Assembly: GCA_964617475.1 (NCBI GenBank)
Contig: CAZTYM010000001.1
Location: 100,085-164,084, forward strand
DNA: 64,000 nucleotides
Direction of reading: 5' to 3'
DNA from: an uncultured Thiotrichales bacterium
Lineage (GTDB): Bacteria; Pseudomonadota; Gammaproteobacteria; GCA-2400775
Shown here: positions 10,975-19,560 of the stretch, piece by piece
Layout of the letters: each line of letters opens with the position of its first letter
Position numbering within the stretch: position 1 is the stretch's first letter
Translations under genes and position numbers: made by a program
Notes under the pieces: model-generated
Database searches by the model: none
The model's input: only the letters and a program-made list of their open reading frames with translations
Told to the model about the DNA's origin: nothing

Positions 10975-11300
10975 ATTCCTGCGCCCTGAATGATTAGAGT
11001 GAGCTATTCATGAAAAAGTGCCCTCGGGGTACGAAAGCGGGAATCCAGATATAAAAATCTTTCGCCGTACCCTGAATAAGATGCGATCAGCATCTTATGA
11101 GGAAGTGCCCTTGGGACGAGCCCAGAATAATTTGCGTATATATCCGTTCGTGCTGAGCTTGTCGAAGCACATACTATCGAGGTTTTATGGCCATATGAAA
11201 ACCAGCCAATCACCTCTCAAAATCTATACATTTTTTTCGCCACTTCCTTCGGAAGTTTGCGCGACTTACTTTTTTCATAAAAAGTAAGCAAAAAACTAGC
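10975..11300. repeat. Second cluster of the same hairpin-repeat family plus additional palindromes
   Basis: GCGCCCTGAATGATTAG..., TACCCTGAATAAG-ATGCGATCAGCATCTTATGAGGAAGTGCCCTTGGGACGAGCCCAGAATAA, a third copy of AGCTTGTCGAAG, and the palindromes ACTTCC-TTC-GGAAGT and CTTACTTTTT-TCAT-AAAAAGTAAG. Confidence 0.6.
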
Positions 11301-11609
11301 TCCTAATCAGCCGGCCTTTGGCTTCCCTCGCTCGCACTGGAAATACAAGGGCCTGCGGAACTCGCTTTACTAAAGTAAAGCTCAAACAGTCCTCGGCCTT
11401 ATCGCGTATTTCAAGCACTTGCTCGGCAGCTGATAAGTCGCGGACAAAATGTTTGTGTGTTAACTAAATTAACGGCGGATTGCGTAATGGGTCTATATAC
11501 TTGCTTCAATAATATAAATATTTTATATCCGTTAAGCGAGTTAAAAATTACATTTCTTTTCGGTATTTGGAGCTGTGAATAACAGGATGATAATAGGAGG
11601 CAACCCAGT

Positions 11610-12032
11610 ATGGATGCGCTAGGTGTTCCCATAGTGCTTTTAGCTACTATATGGGGAGCATTCGCCGTTGTATTTAAGGCATTAGAGCTTATGACTGACC
11701 GTAGAGACCTGTTCCATGGATTTAAACTCCATGGAAGTACGGATACAACGTGCGATATTGATATTAAGCTTCATCACTTTTTGGACTGGTTACCCTTGTG
11801 GTTTGGCGTCATGATTTTTTTGATCATTTTTTCAGTAATAATATTTTTTGTACCAGACTTCCTTGATATAGATGATGAAACTTACCAATCAAAAATAGAG
11901 TTTATTAGAAATATTTGCTCAATCGCGGCTGCTATTCCACTGTTTGGTGCAATAGCATTCTTATTTGGTGGTTTATATGATATTGCCATATTTTATAAGG
12001 CACATAAACATAGGCGCAGGTCGAAATCATAG
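11610..12032 (+). CDS. Hypothetical small membrane protein (2-3 TM) in low-GC island
   Basis: Strong SD TAGGAGG 8 nt upstream of the ATG. Hydrophobic helices; AT-rich codon usage unlike the flanking genes; no known family recognised. Confidence 0.5.
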   Translation: MDALGVPIVLLATIWGAFAVVFKALELMTDRRDLFHGFKLHGSTDTTCDIDIKLHHFLDWLPLWFGVMIFLIIFSVIIFFVPDFLDIDDETYQSKIEFIRNICSIAAAIPLFGAIAFLFGGLYDIAIFYKAHKHRRRSKS

Positions 12033-12093
12033 TGTCAGACTCCTTGATTTTTAAACACTAGGTATATTCGTCTGAAATCAAGGAGTCTGACAC
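12033..12093. promoter_or_regulatory. Perfect 19-bp-stem hairpin immediately after the stop codon (terminator-like or regulatory structure)
   Basis: GTGTCAGACTCCTTGATTT pairs with AAATCAAGGAGTCTGACAC across a roughly 23-nt loop. No T-run follows, so this is not a canonical intrinsic terminator. Confidence 0.5.
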
Positions 12094-12148
12094 CATGATT
12101 TCCTTTAAAGAATGACTTAACGGAGAGCATTGTGATATGGGAGGAAGT

Positions 12149-12478
12149 ATGGATATCAATAATTTAATTCAGCTTGGAGCAGTTTTGGTTGCAATCTTTT
12201 CTCTAGTTTGGCAGCAATCGCGACTTGTAAGGGAAGAGCAATTGAAGGAAAAAAGGATAGATACTAAGCTTCGTATATTTTATATTCTTACGGATAAGGC
12301 AAGAGACTTAAAAGAAGAGGAAATAATTACGGCACTAGAGAAAGGTCAGCCACTATCCGACGTTGATAAAAACGAAATTAGAAAATCTCTATACGAAATG
12401 CTTAAAGATGAAACTGTGCGTTTTACTTATGGAAAAAAGTATAAGCCTCGAAAGAGATCTGAGTCTGATGAACCATAA
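12149..12478 (+). CDS. Hypothetical protein with N-terminal TM helix and charged helical C-terminus
   Basis: GGGAGG SD 5 nt before the ATG at 12149 (the ORF track start at 12137 lies inside this SD). Low-GC; family not recognised. Confidence 0.45.
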   Translation: MDINNLIQLGAVLVAIFSLVWQQSRLVREEQLKEKRIDTKLRIFYILTDKARDLKEEEIITALEKGQPLSDVDKNEIRKSLYEMLKDETVRFTYGKKYKPRKRSESDEP

Positions 12479-12551
12479 CAAGGCAAATATAGTCGATCTT
12501 TTTTTACAAATGTTTTAATACTCTATTTGTTGATAATATAGAGAGGAAATA

Positions 12552-13127
12552 TTGCATAAGTACCTATATTTAACGGAAGTTGAGTGGGTAGATACGTGGA
12601 TAAATGGGGGATGCGTACCAGTTTCTTTGGCTAGTTCTTATTTATCGATTGAGCGTGATGGAATAATGACGCCAGACGAAAACCTGATTCATGAATCGCC
12701 AGTTCCAATTCCTAGCCTAGAAAATCACGGATTCCATGTTAATAATTGTCATAATATTACTTTCAAAGGTTGTACGGGCGATGGATTTAATATACCGGAT
12801 ATTATAGATGCTAACTATTACTCAGAAGATGGCTTAGTTTTGTCTTTTTGTAACACCTTCGATATATGTATCGCGAAGAAGCTTAAAAAGAAAGCATGTG
12901 TCAGAATTTTAAACATAAAAAAGCTTAAAAAGAATATAGATAGACAACTTGGTTGTAAGGGAGTTATGAAAAGTTGCGAATATACCTCTACCCATAATCG
13001 AAATCATTTCTTGAAGGATGAAGCTGATGCCTGGCAAGATGAATATCGTATTTTTTGGAAGACTACCATAGAGAAACAGGTCAATATACCAGCTGGTACT
13101 GCTGAGCTAGTTAAGGCTATAAAGTAA
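12552..13127 (+). CDS. Hypothetical soluble protein (191 aa) in low-GC island
   Basis: ORF with TTG start and a GAGAGG SD. Cys/His scattered (CHNITFKGCTGDG); no family recognised. Confidence 0.45.
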   Translation: MHKYLYLTEVEWVDTWINGGCVPVSLASSYLSIERDGIMTPDENLIHESPVPIPSLENHGFHVNNCHNITFKGCTGDGFNIPDIIDANYYSEDGLVLSFCNTFDICIAKKLKKKACVRILNIKKLKKNIDRQLGCKGVMKSCEYTSTHNRNHFLKDEADAWQDEYRIFWKTTIEKQVNIPAGTAELVKAIK

Positions 13128-13256
13128 AAATTAATATGAGAAATCCCAAATACTGTAGGCATTATCTGAAGCGTTAAACTAATCGATCAGTTTTTGATGA
13201 TTAGAATATAAATAATAAATACTAATAGCGCCTTTATGAGCTTAATAATCCCACCA

Positions 13257-13805
13257 CTAAGCAGGGTTAGGAAACTCGTGCTCGCGACAAATTTGTTTTA
13301 TTTCAACTTTAGTAAGAGGCTCACCTGTCAATCCACACTTAAATTTTCCGTTGCTCATGGATTGATTAAAACGACAAGATTGGCATTGCCCAAAGCCATG
13401 ATGATCTTTTTTAAGTTGCCAGTCCATAAGGAGTGACTTCACCGCATCGCTAGCTTCTTTCGCTTCGCCAAAATTGGGCATTAGAGAGGTGGCCATACGT
13501 TTAACCGTAGATTTGGCTTTTGCTGTCATATCGAGTCGGGTAACACGCTTATCGTCGGCACACTGACGCCGCTCAACGTAACCGTCTTTCTCCAAAAGCT
13601 TGAGGCTCTGCGAAATACTCCCTTTTGTTTGTCCTAAATACTCGCTGAGTGCCTGTGCGGTGTTCGAGTACCGATTACAAATCGATAAGTATTGCAAAAT
13701 TTCAACATGTACAGGCTGAATACCCTCACTGTTGGCAGCCTGCCGCACCTGGCTTTTATAAAGCGAAGTTAGCCTCTCCAGCCAAATTTTAATGTCACTT
13801 ACCAT
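13257..13805 (-). CDS. MarR-family transcriptional regulator with C-terminal Cys-rich extension
   Basis: wHTH region (VHVEILQYLSICNRYSNTAQALSEYLGQTKGSISQSLKLLEKDGYVERR) typical of MarR. Extra C-terminal GQCQSC...KFKCG...ICREHE (four Cys). Start taken at the internal MVSD; a longer start at 13868 is possible. Confidence 0.7.
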   Translation of the reverse strand: MVSDIKIWLERLTSLYKSQVRQAANSEGIQPVHVEILQYLSICNRYSNTAQALSEYLGQTKGSISQSLKLLEKDGYVERRQCADDKRVTRLDMTAKAKSTVKRMATSLMPNFGEAKEASDAVKSLLMDWQLKKDHHGFGQCQSCRFNQSMSNGKFKCGLTGEPLTKVEIKQICREHEFPNPA

Positions 13806-13824
13806 AGTCAATATAGTATAGCTT

Positions 13825-13891
13825 CTAAACTTTATTGACAATCTTAAAATTACGAGTATTATTCTCATAAAGTTTAGATTCTAAACTTTAT
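13825..13891. promoter_or_regulatory. Divergent promoter/operator: sigma70-like TTGACA-16-TATTAT (+ strand) with a palindromic operator at the predicted +1
   Basis: TTGACA 13835-13840 and TATTAT 13857-13862. Perfect palindrome ATAAAGTTTAG-ATT-CTAAACTTTAT at 13867-13891, with a third half-site CTAAACTTTAT at 13825-13835. Confidence 0.5.
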
Positions 13892-13957
13892 TACAACCGT
13901 ATAGAGGAAGAAAGCTATGCCGTACCTATCATCAGCAAAAATCATACAGGTGGTTTC

Positions 13958-14227
13958 ATGAAGATCGATGTTTACGACTCCTATGCCAATAGAGTGGACG
14001 GTCGTCTCATGCATTTTGATGTGTTCATTAAAGCAGGCACTCCCTCAGACACCGCATTGCGTCATGGTAGGGAATGGCTAAGCAGTATTGGCGAAAACCC
14101 AGCCGGTTTGCAGCAATCGCGTTGTAATTTTTGCCATACCGAAGTTGCCAACCCTGAAGTTCAAATAATGGTCGAGCGGCAAGGTTTTTTTATTCTGCAA
14201 ATGGAAGGCTGTCCGGCACCCGTTTAA
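13958..14227 (+). CDS. Small conserved protein of unknown function (DUF-type, 89 aa)
   Basis: ORF directly downstream of the promoter/operator, with a CNFCH motif. Family assignment (possibly DUF2024-like) is from memory only. Confidence 0.5.
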   Translation: MKIDVYDSYANRVDGRLMHFDVFIKAGTPSDTALRHGREWLSSIGENPAGLQQSRCNFCHTEVANPEVQIMVERQGFFILQMEGCPAPV

Positions 14228-14370
14228 CCCTAATTAGAAAGGAGCATACGATGAAAAAACGAAATTAATTGGCGAATAATTAGGATCAGCTACAAACCCA
14301 TCGGATTCTAGTTATTTTTGAAGTCTCGAGTATCAACGTACCGCACACAACTAAACGGAGAGATTAAACT

Positions 14371-14847
14371 ATGAGAACGAAACATTTACTTATTGCTGCA
14401 GCATCACTTATAGCAACGGCCTGCGTCCAAGCTGATAATAAGGTTGATTATCCTGAAAACTTTCGCGATATGTATCATGTAAAATCACTGGTATTACACG
14501 ATGACCATCCACTTGCTGATCCATTCGCTGGTATCCATCATATTTATGCTAATGATATTGCTAAGCAAGGCTACGCCAAGGGTAAGTTTGCCGATGGCTC
14601 TGTGATCGTATTTGATTTATTCAATTCAGAGGAAGGCGGCGGCGCTTTAGCCGAAGGTAGTCGCAAACTTACAGGTGTTATGGTGAAAGACTCTAAAGCC
14701 TATAAAAAGACGGGTGGCTGGGGTTTTGAAGGTTTTGCTGGTGACAGTAAGACTGAACGCCTAGTCACTGATGGTGGTGCAGGCTGCTTTGCTTGTCATG
14801 AGGCAAATGCGAAAGACAGCGACTTTGTTTTCAGTAAATTACGTTAA
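14371..14847 (+). CDS. Cytochrome P460 family protein (periplasmic)
   Basis: Signal peptide, then GAGCFACHE haem-binding CXXCH near the C-terminus. Size about 160 aa and overall pattern fit cytochrome P460. Confidence 0.7.
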   Translation: MRTKHLLIAAASLIATACVQADNKVDYPENFRDMYHVKSLVLHDDHPLADPFAGIHHIYANDIAKQGYAKGKFADGSVIVFDLFNSEEGGGALAEGSRKLTGVMVKDSKAYKKTGGWGFEGFAGDSKTERLVTDGGAGCFACHEANAKDSDFVFSKLR

Positions 14848-15534
14848 TTAAGTCTTCAAAACAGTAAAGATCTTATGTGTGGCGGCCATAATCGGCTTAT
14901 GGTTTTGACCATGCATGTTTGCCCTCGTTGCGAGTAAAACCTGTTAACTCATTGTCAGCATAGGTGAGAAAAAAGATAACCTAGCAAAAAAGGGCAAAGT
15001 GAGTTACTCAATAAATGGGGTGGAAGACAAATGCAACTGTTTATTGGTCTCGTTCGTCACTACCCCATTTTTCTTGCATAAAGTATAAGGAATAAGAATA
15101 AAAAGTCTTACCCATTTTATTGTATCTATCAAATATAAAGGCTGGACTCCTTGGTTTTTCTATCAGCCTGGTTATGTATCGATTACGATAGGTTGACCTA
15201 GCGTTATTGGTTCTACCATCTAACCACCTAGATATCGCCTTAATCTGTTGCTTATTTTTAGCAGATTTCATATTTGTTTCTATCTTTCAAATTCGTGAAC
15301 GCCTTCACATTTTTCGCTTCATGTTTTCCGCTGGCTTCGTCGCTAAATATCAGGAGAGGGATAGGTTTCGTTTTCTAGGCGCCAGGCTGTTTCCGAGCAG
15401 CTAAAGATACTTTTTTTGACCTATATAGTCGCTTTCAGTAGCTGATGGCCTCACTGAAGTTTGAACAATATTTATTTGTATCTGATTGAGTGCTTTTTAA
15501 GCACTCTGAAATCAATGTTAAGAGAGCTGTTGGA

Positions 15535-17166
15535 ATGAGTAATCAAGGGAAAGAAATACCGCACGGATCGCTAGACAACTTTAAGCGTAATTGGAAAGCC
15601 GACGCGATGTCTGGCTTCCTTGTCTTTTTAATCGCTCTACCTCTTTGTCTTGCCATTTCCGTTGCTTGTGGATATCCCGCTATTGCTGGTGTGTATACCG
15701 CAATCATCGGCGGTATTTTATCTGCGTTTCTAAGTAATTCTGAAATGACAATCAAAGGCCCAGCGGCCGGGTTGATAGTTGTTGCTTTAGCCTGTGTCAC
15801 CGAATTCGGTTTTACGGGTGGCGAAAATATTGAGGCTGACATTCAAGCCTACCGTTTAGCACTGGGCGTGGGTGTTGTTGCGGGTTTAGTGCAGGTGTTC
15901 CTTGCGATTATGCGGTCTGGTGCTTTGAGTGAATTCTTCCCGGCGCCAGTCGTTCACGGTTTATTGGCATCAATTGGTGTGTTGGTTATTGCCACGCAGC
16001 TTCCTATTATGTTGGGTGTTCAAGGTGATGGCGCGCCATTAGAACGATTGGCTTCGATACCCAGTTATCTGTTTGAGATGAATCCGGCAATAGCTTTAAT
16101 CGGCGGTATTAGTCTGCTGATTATGTTTGGTTTTACTTATATTAAAAACCCCAAATTTAGAATTATTCCTGCACCTATGTTGGTTTTAATAGTGGCAGTA
16201 CCATTAGGCATTTACTTTGATATCGGTAATGTACAAAGTATCTCTTACTTTGGGATAGAGCATACTTTCGGTCCGCAGTATTTAGTCAATGTACCAGATA
16301 ATATGTTTAGTGCTATGGTCTTTCCAGACTTTTCCGGCGTGTTTACGGCAGTCGGTATTAAATACATTATTATGTTTGCGTTAATCGGCAGTATAGAGTC
16401 GGTGTTGAGTGCTAAGGCGGTTGACCAGATAGACCCTTGGCGTCGTAAAACCAATTTTGATAAAGATCTTCTCGCAGTTGGCGCGGGTAATACGCTGGCT
16501 TCATTTATTGGTGGTTTGCCAATGATTTCAGAAATTGCACGTAGTAAAGCAAATATTGATAATGGTGCTCGTACTCGTTTCTCTAATCTGTTTCATGGTG
16601 TTTTTCTACTTGGCTTTATCGCTTTAGTACCTGCGTTGATTAATCAAATACCATTAGCAGCGCTTGCTGCAATGTTGGTATTTACTGGGTTTCGCCTTGC
16701 ATCACCAAAAGAATTTATTCATATGTATCAAGTTGGGCGTGAACAGTTTATTGTATTTCTTACGACGATCATCGCCGTGCTTGCGACTGATTTATTGATG
16801 GGTATTTTTATAGGCCTGCTTACTAAAGCGATACTGCATATTATCAATGGAGCACCAATTCGCTCTGTATTTATGCCAAGTATTGAAGTGACTGAAAGTA
16901 ATGACGAAACTGCCATAGTAAAAGTGAGTAAGGCAGTGATCTTCAGTAACTGGCTTCCCGTGAAACAAGCTATCAATCGTCAAAGAGCAAATAAAGTAAT
17001 GATAGATTTGTCTAATACTAATTTGGTGGGCCATTCAGTCATGGCTAATTTGCATCAAATAAAAGACGATTTTGAGCGCGTAGGGCGAGAGCTTGCAATC
17101 ACAGGTATTGAGGCTCATCAACCACTATCAAGGCATCAATTGGCTGCGCTGAAAGCAAAAGCGTAA
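15535..17166 (+). CDS. SulP-family anion transporter with C-terminal STAS domain
   Basis: Multi-TM SulP core (GYPAIAGVYTAIIGG..., PLAALAAMLVFTGF) with a C-terminal STAS-like region. Start moved to MSNQ, downstream of an 8-bp palindrome that overlaps the longer ORF start. Confidence 0.85.
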   Translation: MSNQGKEIPHGSLDNFKRNWKADAMSGFLVFLIALPLCLAISVACGYPAIAGVYTAIIGGILSAFLSNSEMTIKGPAAGLIVVALACVTEFGFTGGENIEADIQAYRLALGVGVVAGLVQVFLAIMRSGALSEFFPAPVVHGLLASIGVLVIATQLPIMLGVQGDGAPLERLASIPSYLFEMNPAIALIGGISLLIMFGFTYIKNPKFRIIPAPMLVLIVAVPLGIYFDIGNVQSISYFGIEHTFGPQYLVNVPDNMFSAMVFPDFSGVFTAVGIKYIIMFALIGSIESVLSAKAVDQIDPWRRKTNFDKDLLAVGAGNTLASFIGGLPMISEIARSKANIDNGARTRFSNLFHGVFLLGFIALVPALINQIPLAALAAMLVFTGFRLASPKEFIHMYQVGREQFIVFLTTIIAVLATDLLMGIFIGLLTKAILHIINGAPIRSVFMPSIEVTESNDETAIVKVSKAVIFSNWLPVKQAINRQRANKVMIDLSNTNLVGHSVMANLHQIKDDFERVGRELAITGIEAHQPLSRHQLAALKAKA

Positions 17167-17266
17167 CTCGTTGTTCTAAAAACCTCTCCAAAAGTTTGCG
17201 TCATATATAGCTTGGTTCATAATGAACCAAAGTTTTTCTACTTTTCTCAGAATAAGTGATTGAGTT

Positions 17267-18031
17267 ATGGCAGTAAATAAGAAAGAACAGATACATGCTT
17301 TATTAAAAGGCATTGAAAGCGGTGACCCTTCTGCCGTATCTGTGGTTAATGAGGAAAAATATATTCAACATAACCCGCAGACGCATGAGGGGAGTGAAGG
17401 TTTGGCTGTATTATTTAAGCGCTTATCGCAAGTCTCTCCTCGCGTAAATATTGTTCGACTCTTTGAAGATGGGGATTTTGTCTTTGCTCATACTGAGTAC
17501 GATTTTTCGAGACGAAATATTGGTTTTGAAGTTTTTCGGTTTGAAGATGGTCAAGCTATAGAGCACTGGGATAATATTCAGAAAAGAGCTGGGCCTAATA
17601 TTTCTGGTCATTCTATGGTTGATGGTGCTGTAAACATTGAAGAAGTAGAAAAGACTGAAGAGAATCGACTATTGATCAAGTCATTCATTGAAAATGTAAT
17701 GATCAATACTCAATTTGATCAAATGACTGATTATATTTGTGCGAGAGAATACACCGAGCATAACCCAGAGTTGAGTGATGATTTGGACTTATTGCTAGCT
17801 CGATTATCAAAAATAGGCGATGGCGATGGTTATATCAGTTACGATAAATGTCATCGTTTACTAGCAGAAGGAAATTTTGTTTTATCTATTTGTGAAGGGC
17901 GAAAGGATCACGCGCACACCTCATTTTACGATCTATTTCGGATAAAAGAGGGAAAAATCGCTGAGCATTGGGATACGGTTGAAGCCATTCCTCCAGCTAG
18001 TGAATGGAAGAATAATAATGGTAAGTTCTAA
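17267..18031 (+). CDS. SnoaL-like / NTF2-fold protein (tandem duplication)
   Basis: Two internal repeats, each ending ...FEDGQAIEHWDNIQ and ...KEGKIAEHWDTVE, typical of SnoaL-like polyketide-cyclase-fold proteins. Confidence 0.55.
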   Translation: MAVNKKEQIHALLKGIESGDPSAVSVVNEEKYIQHNPQTHEGSEGLAVLFKRLSQVSPRVNIVRLFEDGDFVFAHTEYDFSRRNIGFEVFRFEDGQAIEHWDNIQKRAGPNISGHSMVDGAVNIEEVEKTEENRLLIKSFIENVMINTQFDQMTDYICAREYTEHNPELSDDLDLLLARLSKIGDGDGYISYDKCHRLLAEGNFVLSICEGRKDHAHTSFYDLFRIKEGKIAEHWDTVEAIPPASEWKNNNGKF

Positions 18032-18034
18032 GAT

Positions 18035-18496
18035 ATGAAAAAATGTTTAAATTTTATCTTGCTTTGTTTTGTCTCTGGCTGTTCAAGCAAGGCGCCAACC
18101 TTAGGTGTGAGTAATGGTTCGTTAAAAGAATGCCCGTCTTCTCCAAATTGTGTGTGCAGTCAATCTGAGAGTAAAGAACACCTTATTGAACCAATAGAGG
18201 CGAAAGTAAGTTTAGCTAAAGCAAGGGAAATTTTGTTAAATGTCATGGCGGATGCCGAAAGGGCTAATACAACTGTTGAACAAGAAAATTATATTAGAGC
18301 AGAGTTTTCCTCCAGACTCATTGGTTTTGTTGACGATGTGGAATTTTATCTGACAGGGGGAAACGGGAAGAACACTATCATTCATGTTCGATCTGCGTCT
18401 AGAACAGGCTATTCTGACTTAGGTGTTAATAGGAAGAGAATTGAGTCAATCAGACAGAAAGTAAATTTGCTAGCAAGTAAAGAACACTCACTATGA
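18035..18496 (+). CDS. DUF1499-family lipoprotein
   Basis: Lipobox LLCFVSGCSS, then CPSSPNCVCS and SDLGVNRKRIESIR motifs reminiscent of DUF1499. Confidence 0.5.
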   Translation: MKKCLNFILLCFVSGCSSKAPTLGVSNGSLKECPSSPNCVCSQSESKEHLIEPIEAKVSLAKAREILLNVMADAERANTTVEQENYIRAEFSSRLIGFVDDVEFYLTGGNGKNTIIHVRSASRTGYSDLGVNRKRIESIRQKVNLLASKEHSL

Positions 18497-18903
18497 CTCA
18501 TCAATCTGGTTTTGAAAAAGAGTATTCCGAGAAAAGTTTTTGGAACAAACTGTCTAAGTACGCTAAGGCAGCTGGGGTAGAAGTTGTCGAGAAAGCCTTA
18601 TTACTTTTTTATGCTGCTCAGGAAGAAACAACACCTGCGTGGGCGAAAGCGACGATTATTGGTGCTTTAGGTTATTTTATCAGCCTGGTCGATGGTATTC
18701 CTGATCTAACGCCGATTGTAGGCTACACGGATGACTTGGGTGTGCTGGTAATGGCGATAGCGACAATTTCCTCTCATATTACAGAAGATGTTAAAACCAA
18801 GGCGAAGAAAAAAATTGAGGAGTGGTTTGGTGATTCTGCGATTGATTCTCAACCGGATAGTACTGTGCCACCTAGTCAGATAGAAGATAAGCGAGAAAAC
18901 TAA
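18493..18903 (+). CDS. YkvA/DUF1232 membrane protein
   Basis: DGIPDLTPIVGYTDDLGV motif characteristic of DUF1232. Start overlaps the upstream stop (ATGA). Confidence 0.6.
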   Translation: MTHQSGFEKEYSEKSFWNKLSKYAKAAGVEVVEKALLLFYAAQEETTPAWAKATIIGALGYFISLVDGIPDLTPIVGYTDDLGVLVMAIATISSHITEDVKTKAKKKIEEWFGDSAIDSQPDSTVPPSQIEDKREN

Positions 18904-19039
18904 AAATAACTATTTTCAGAGCTTTTTAGAAGCCTCTTTTTCCAATTAAATATTGCTACAACTAGTCCGTGAGAAATCTGTAATATTCATTCGTTATCAT
19001 CGACATATTGCTGTAGTTTATGCTTAGGAGCGTGAAACA

Positions 19040-19522
19040 ATGAAATTGAACATAATTGCTTTTGTAGCATTGTCATCTTTGCTTGTCCTAATTGGTGCTA
19101 GCGCGGTAGTTGCTGAAGAAAAGAAGAAGACAAAAAAAGAAATTCGGTTTGAAAAAATTGCCCGTCCGGCTGATTTTACCAAACTCTATGACGAATCACC
19201 GGTGGAAGAATTAGTGGCTTATGGCAAGCAGTTGTATGACGACCGTACCTTGGCACCCAATGGACTTACTTGTAATGACTGCCATAATAAGTCACGAGCT
19301 TATAAGAAGGGTTTTGCAAAACCCTTTCCTCATCCTTCAAGAATGGCGAAAGCGCGTGCAGGCATTAAGCGAGATATCTACGCTGATGAAGGTGTGCAAA
19401 TGTGCATGGTAATTCCTATGAGCGCTGATCCTCTGCCCTGGGATTCCAAAGAATTAGCTGCGATGACCGCCCATGTTTTGGAAGTGGATCAGCCGTTTTA
19501 CCGTGAAAAAAAAGGTTTATAG
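19040..19522 (+). CDS. c-type cytochrome (monohaem), periplasmic
   Basis: Signal peptide, single CNDCH haem-binding motif, 160 aa. Confidence 0.7.
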   Translation: MKLNIIAFVALSSLLVLIGASAVVAEEKKKTKKEIRFEKIARPADFTKLYDESPVEELVAYGKQLYDDRTLAPNGLTCNDCHNKSRAYKKGFAKPFPHPSRMAKARAGIKRDIYADEGVQMCMVIPMSADPLPWDSKELAAMTAHVLEVDQPFYREKKGL

Positions 19523-19560
19523 CCAAAGTATAGATACTGTCTAAAAGCCAGAAGGATTTA

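Noticed and set aside
11004-11287. Two overlapping ORFs (69 and 89 aa) on opposite strands
   Set aside because: Both lie within the hairpin-repeat cluster, have no RBS, and their composition is dominated by repeat sequence. They are likely non-coding.
11411-11632. 73-aa minus-strand ORF overlapping the start of the 140-aa membrane protein gene
   Set aside because: It overlaps the strong SD and start of the + strand gene and has no supporting signals.
15041-15271. 76-aa minus-strand ORF between the cytochrome P460 gene and the SulP gene
   Set aside because: It has no clear RBS or recognisable motif and lies in an AT-rich intergenic region. It could be a real small protein, but the evidence is insufficient to call it.
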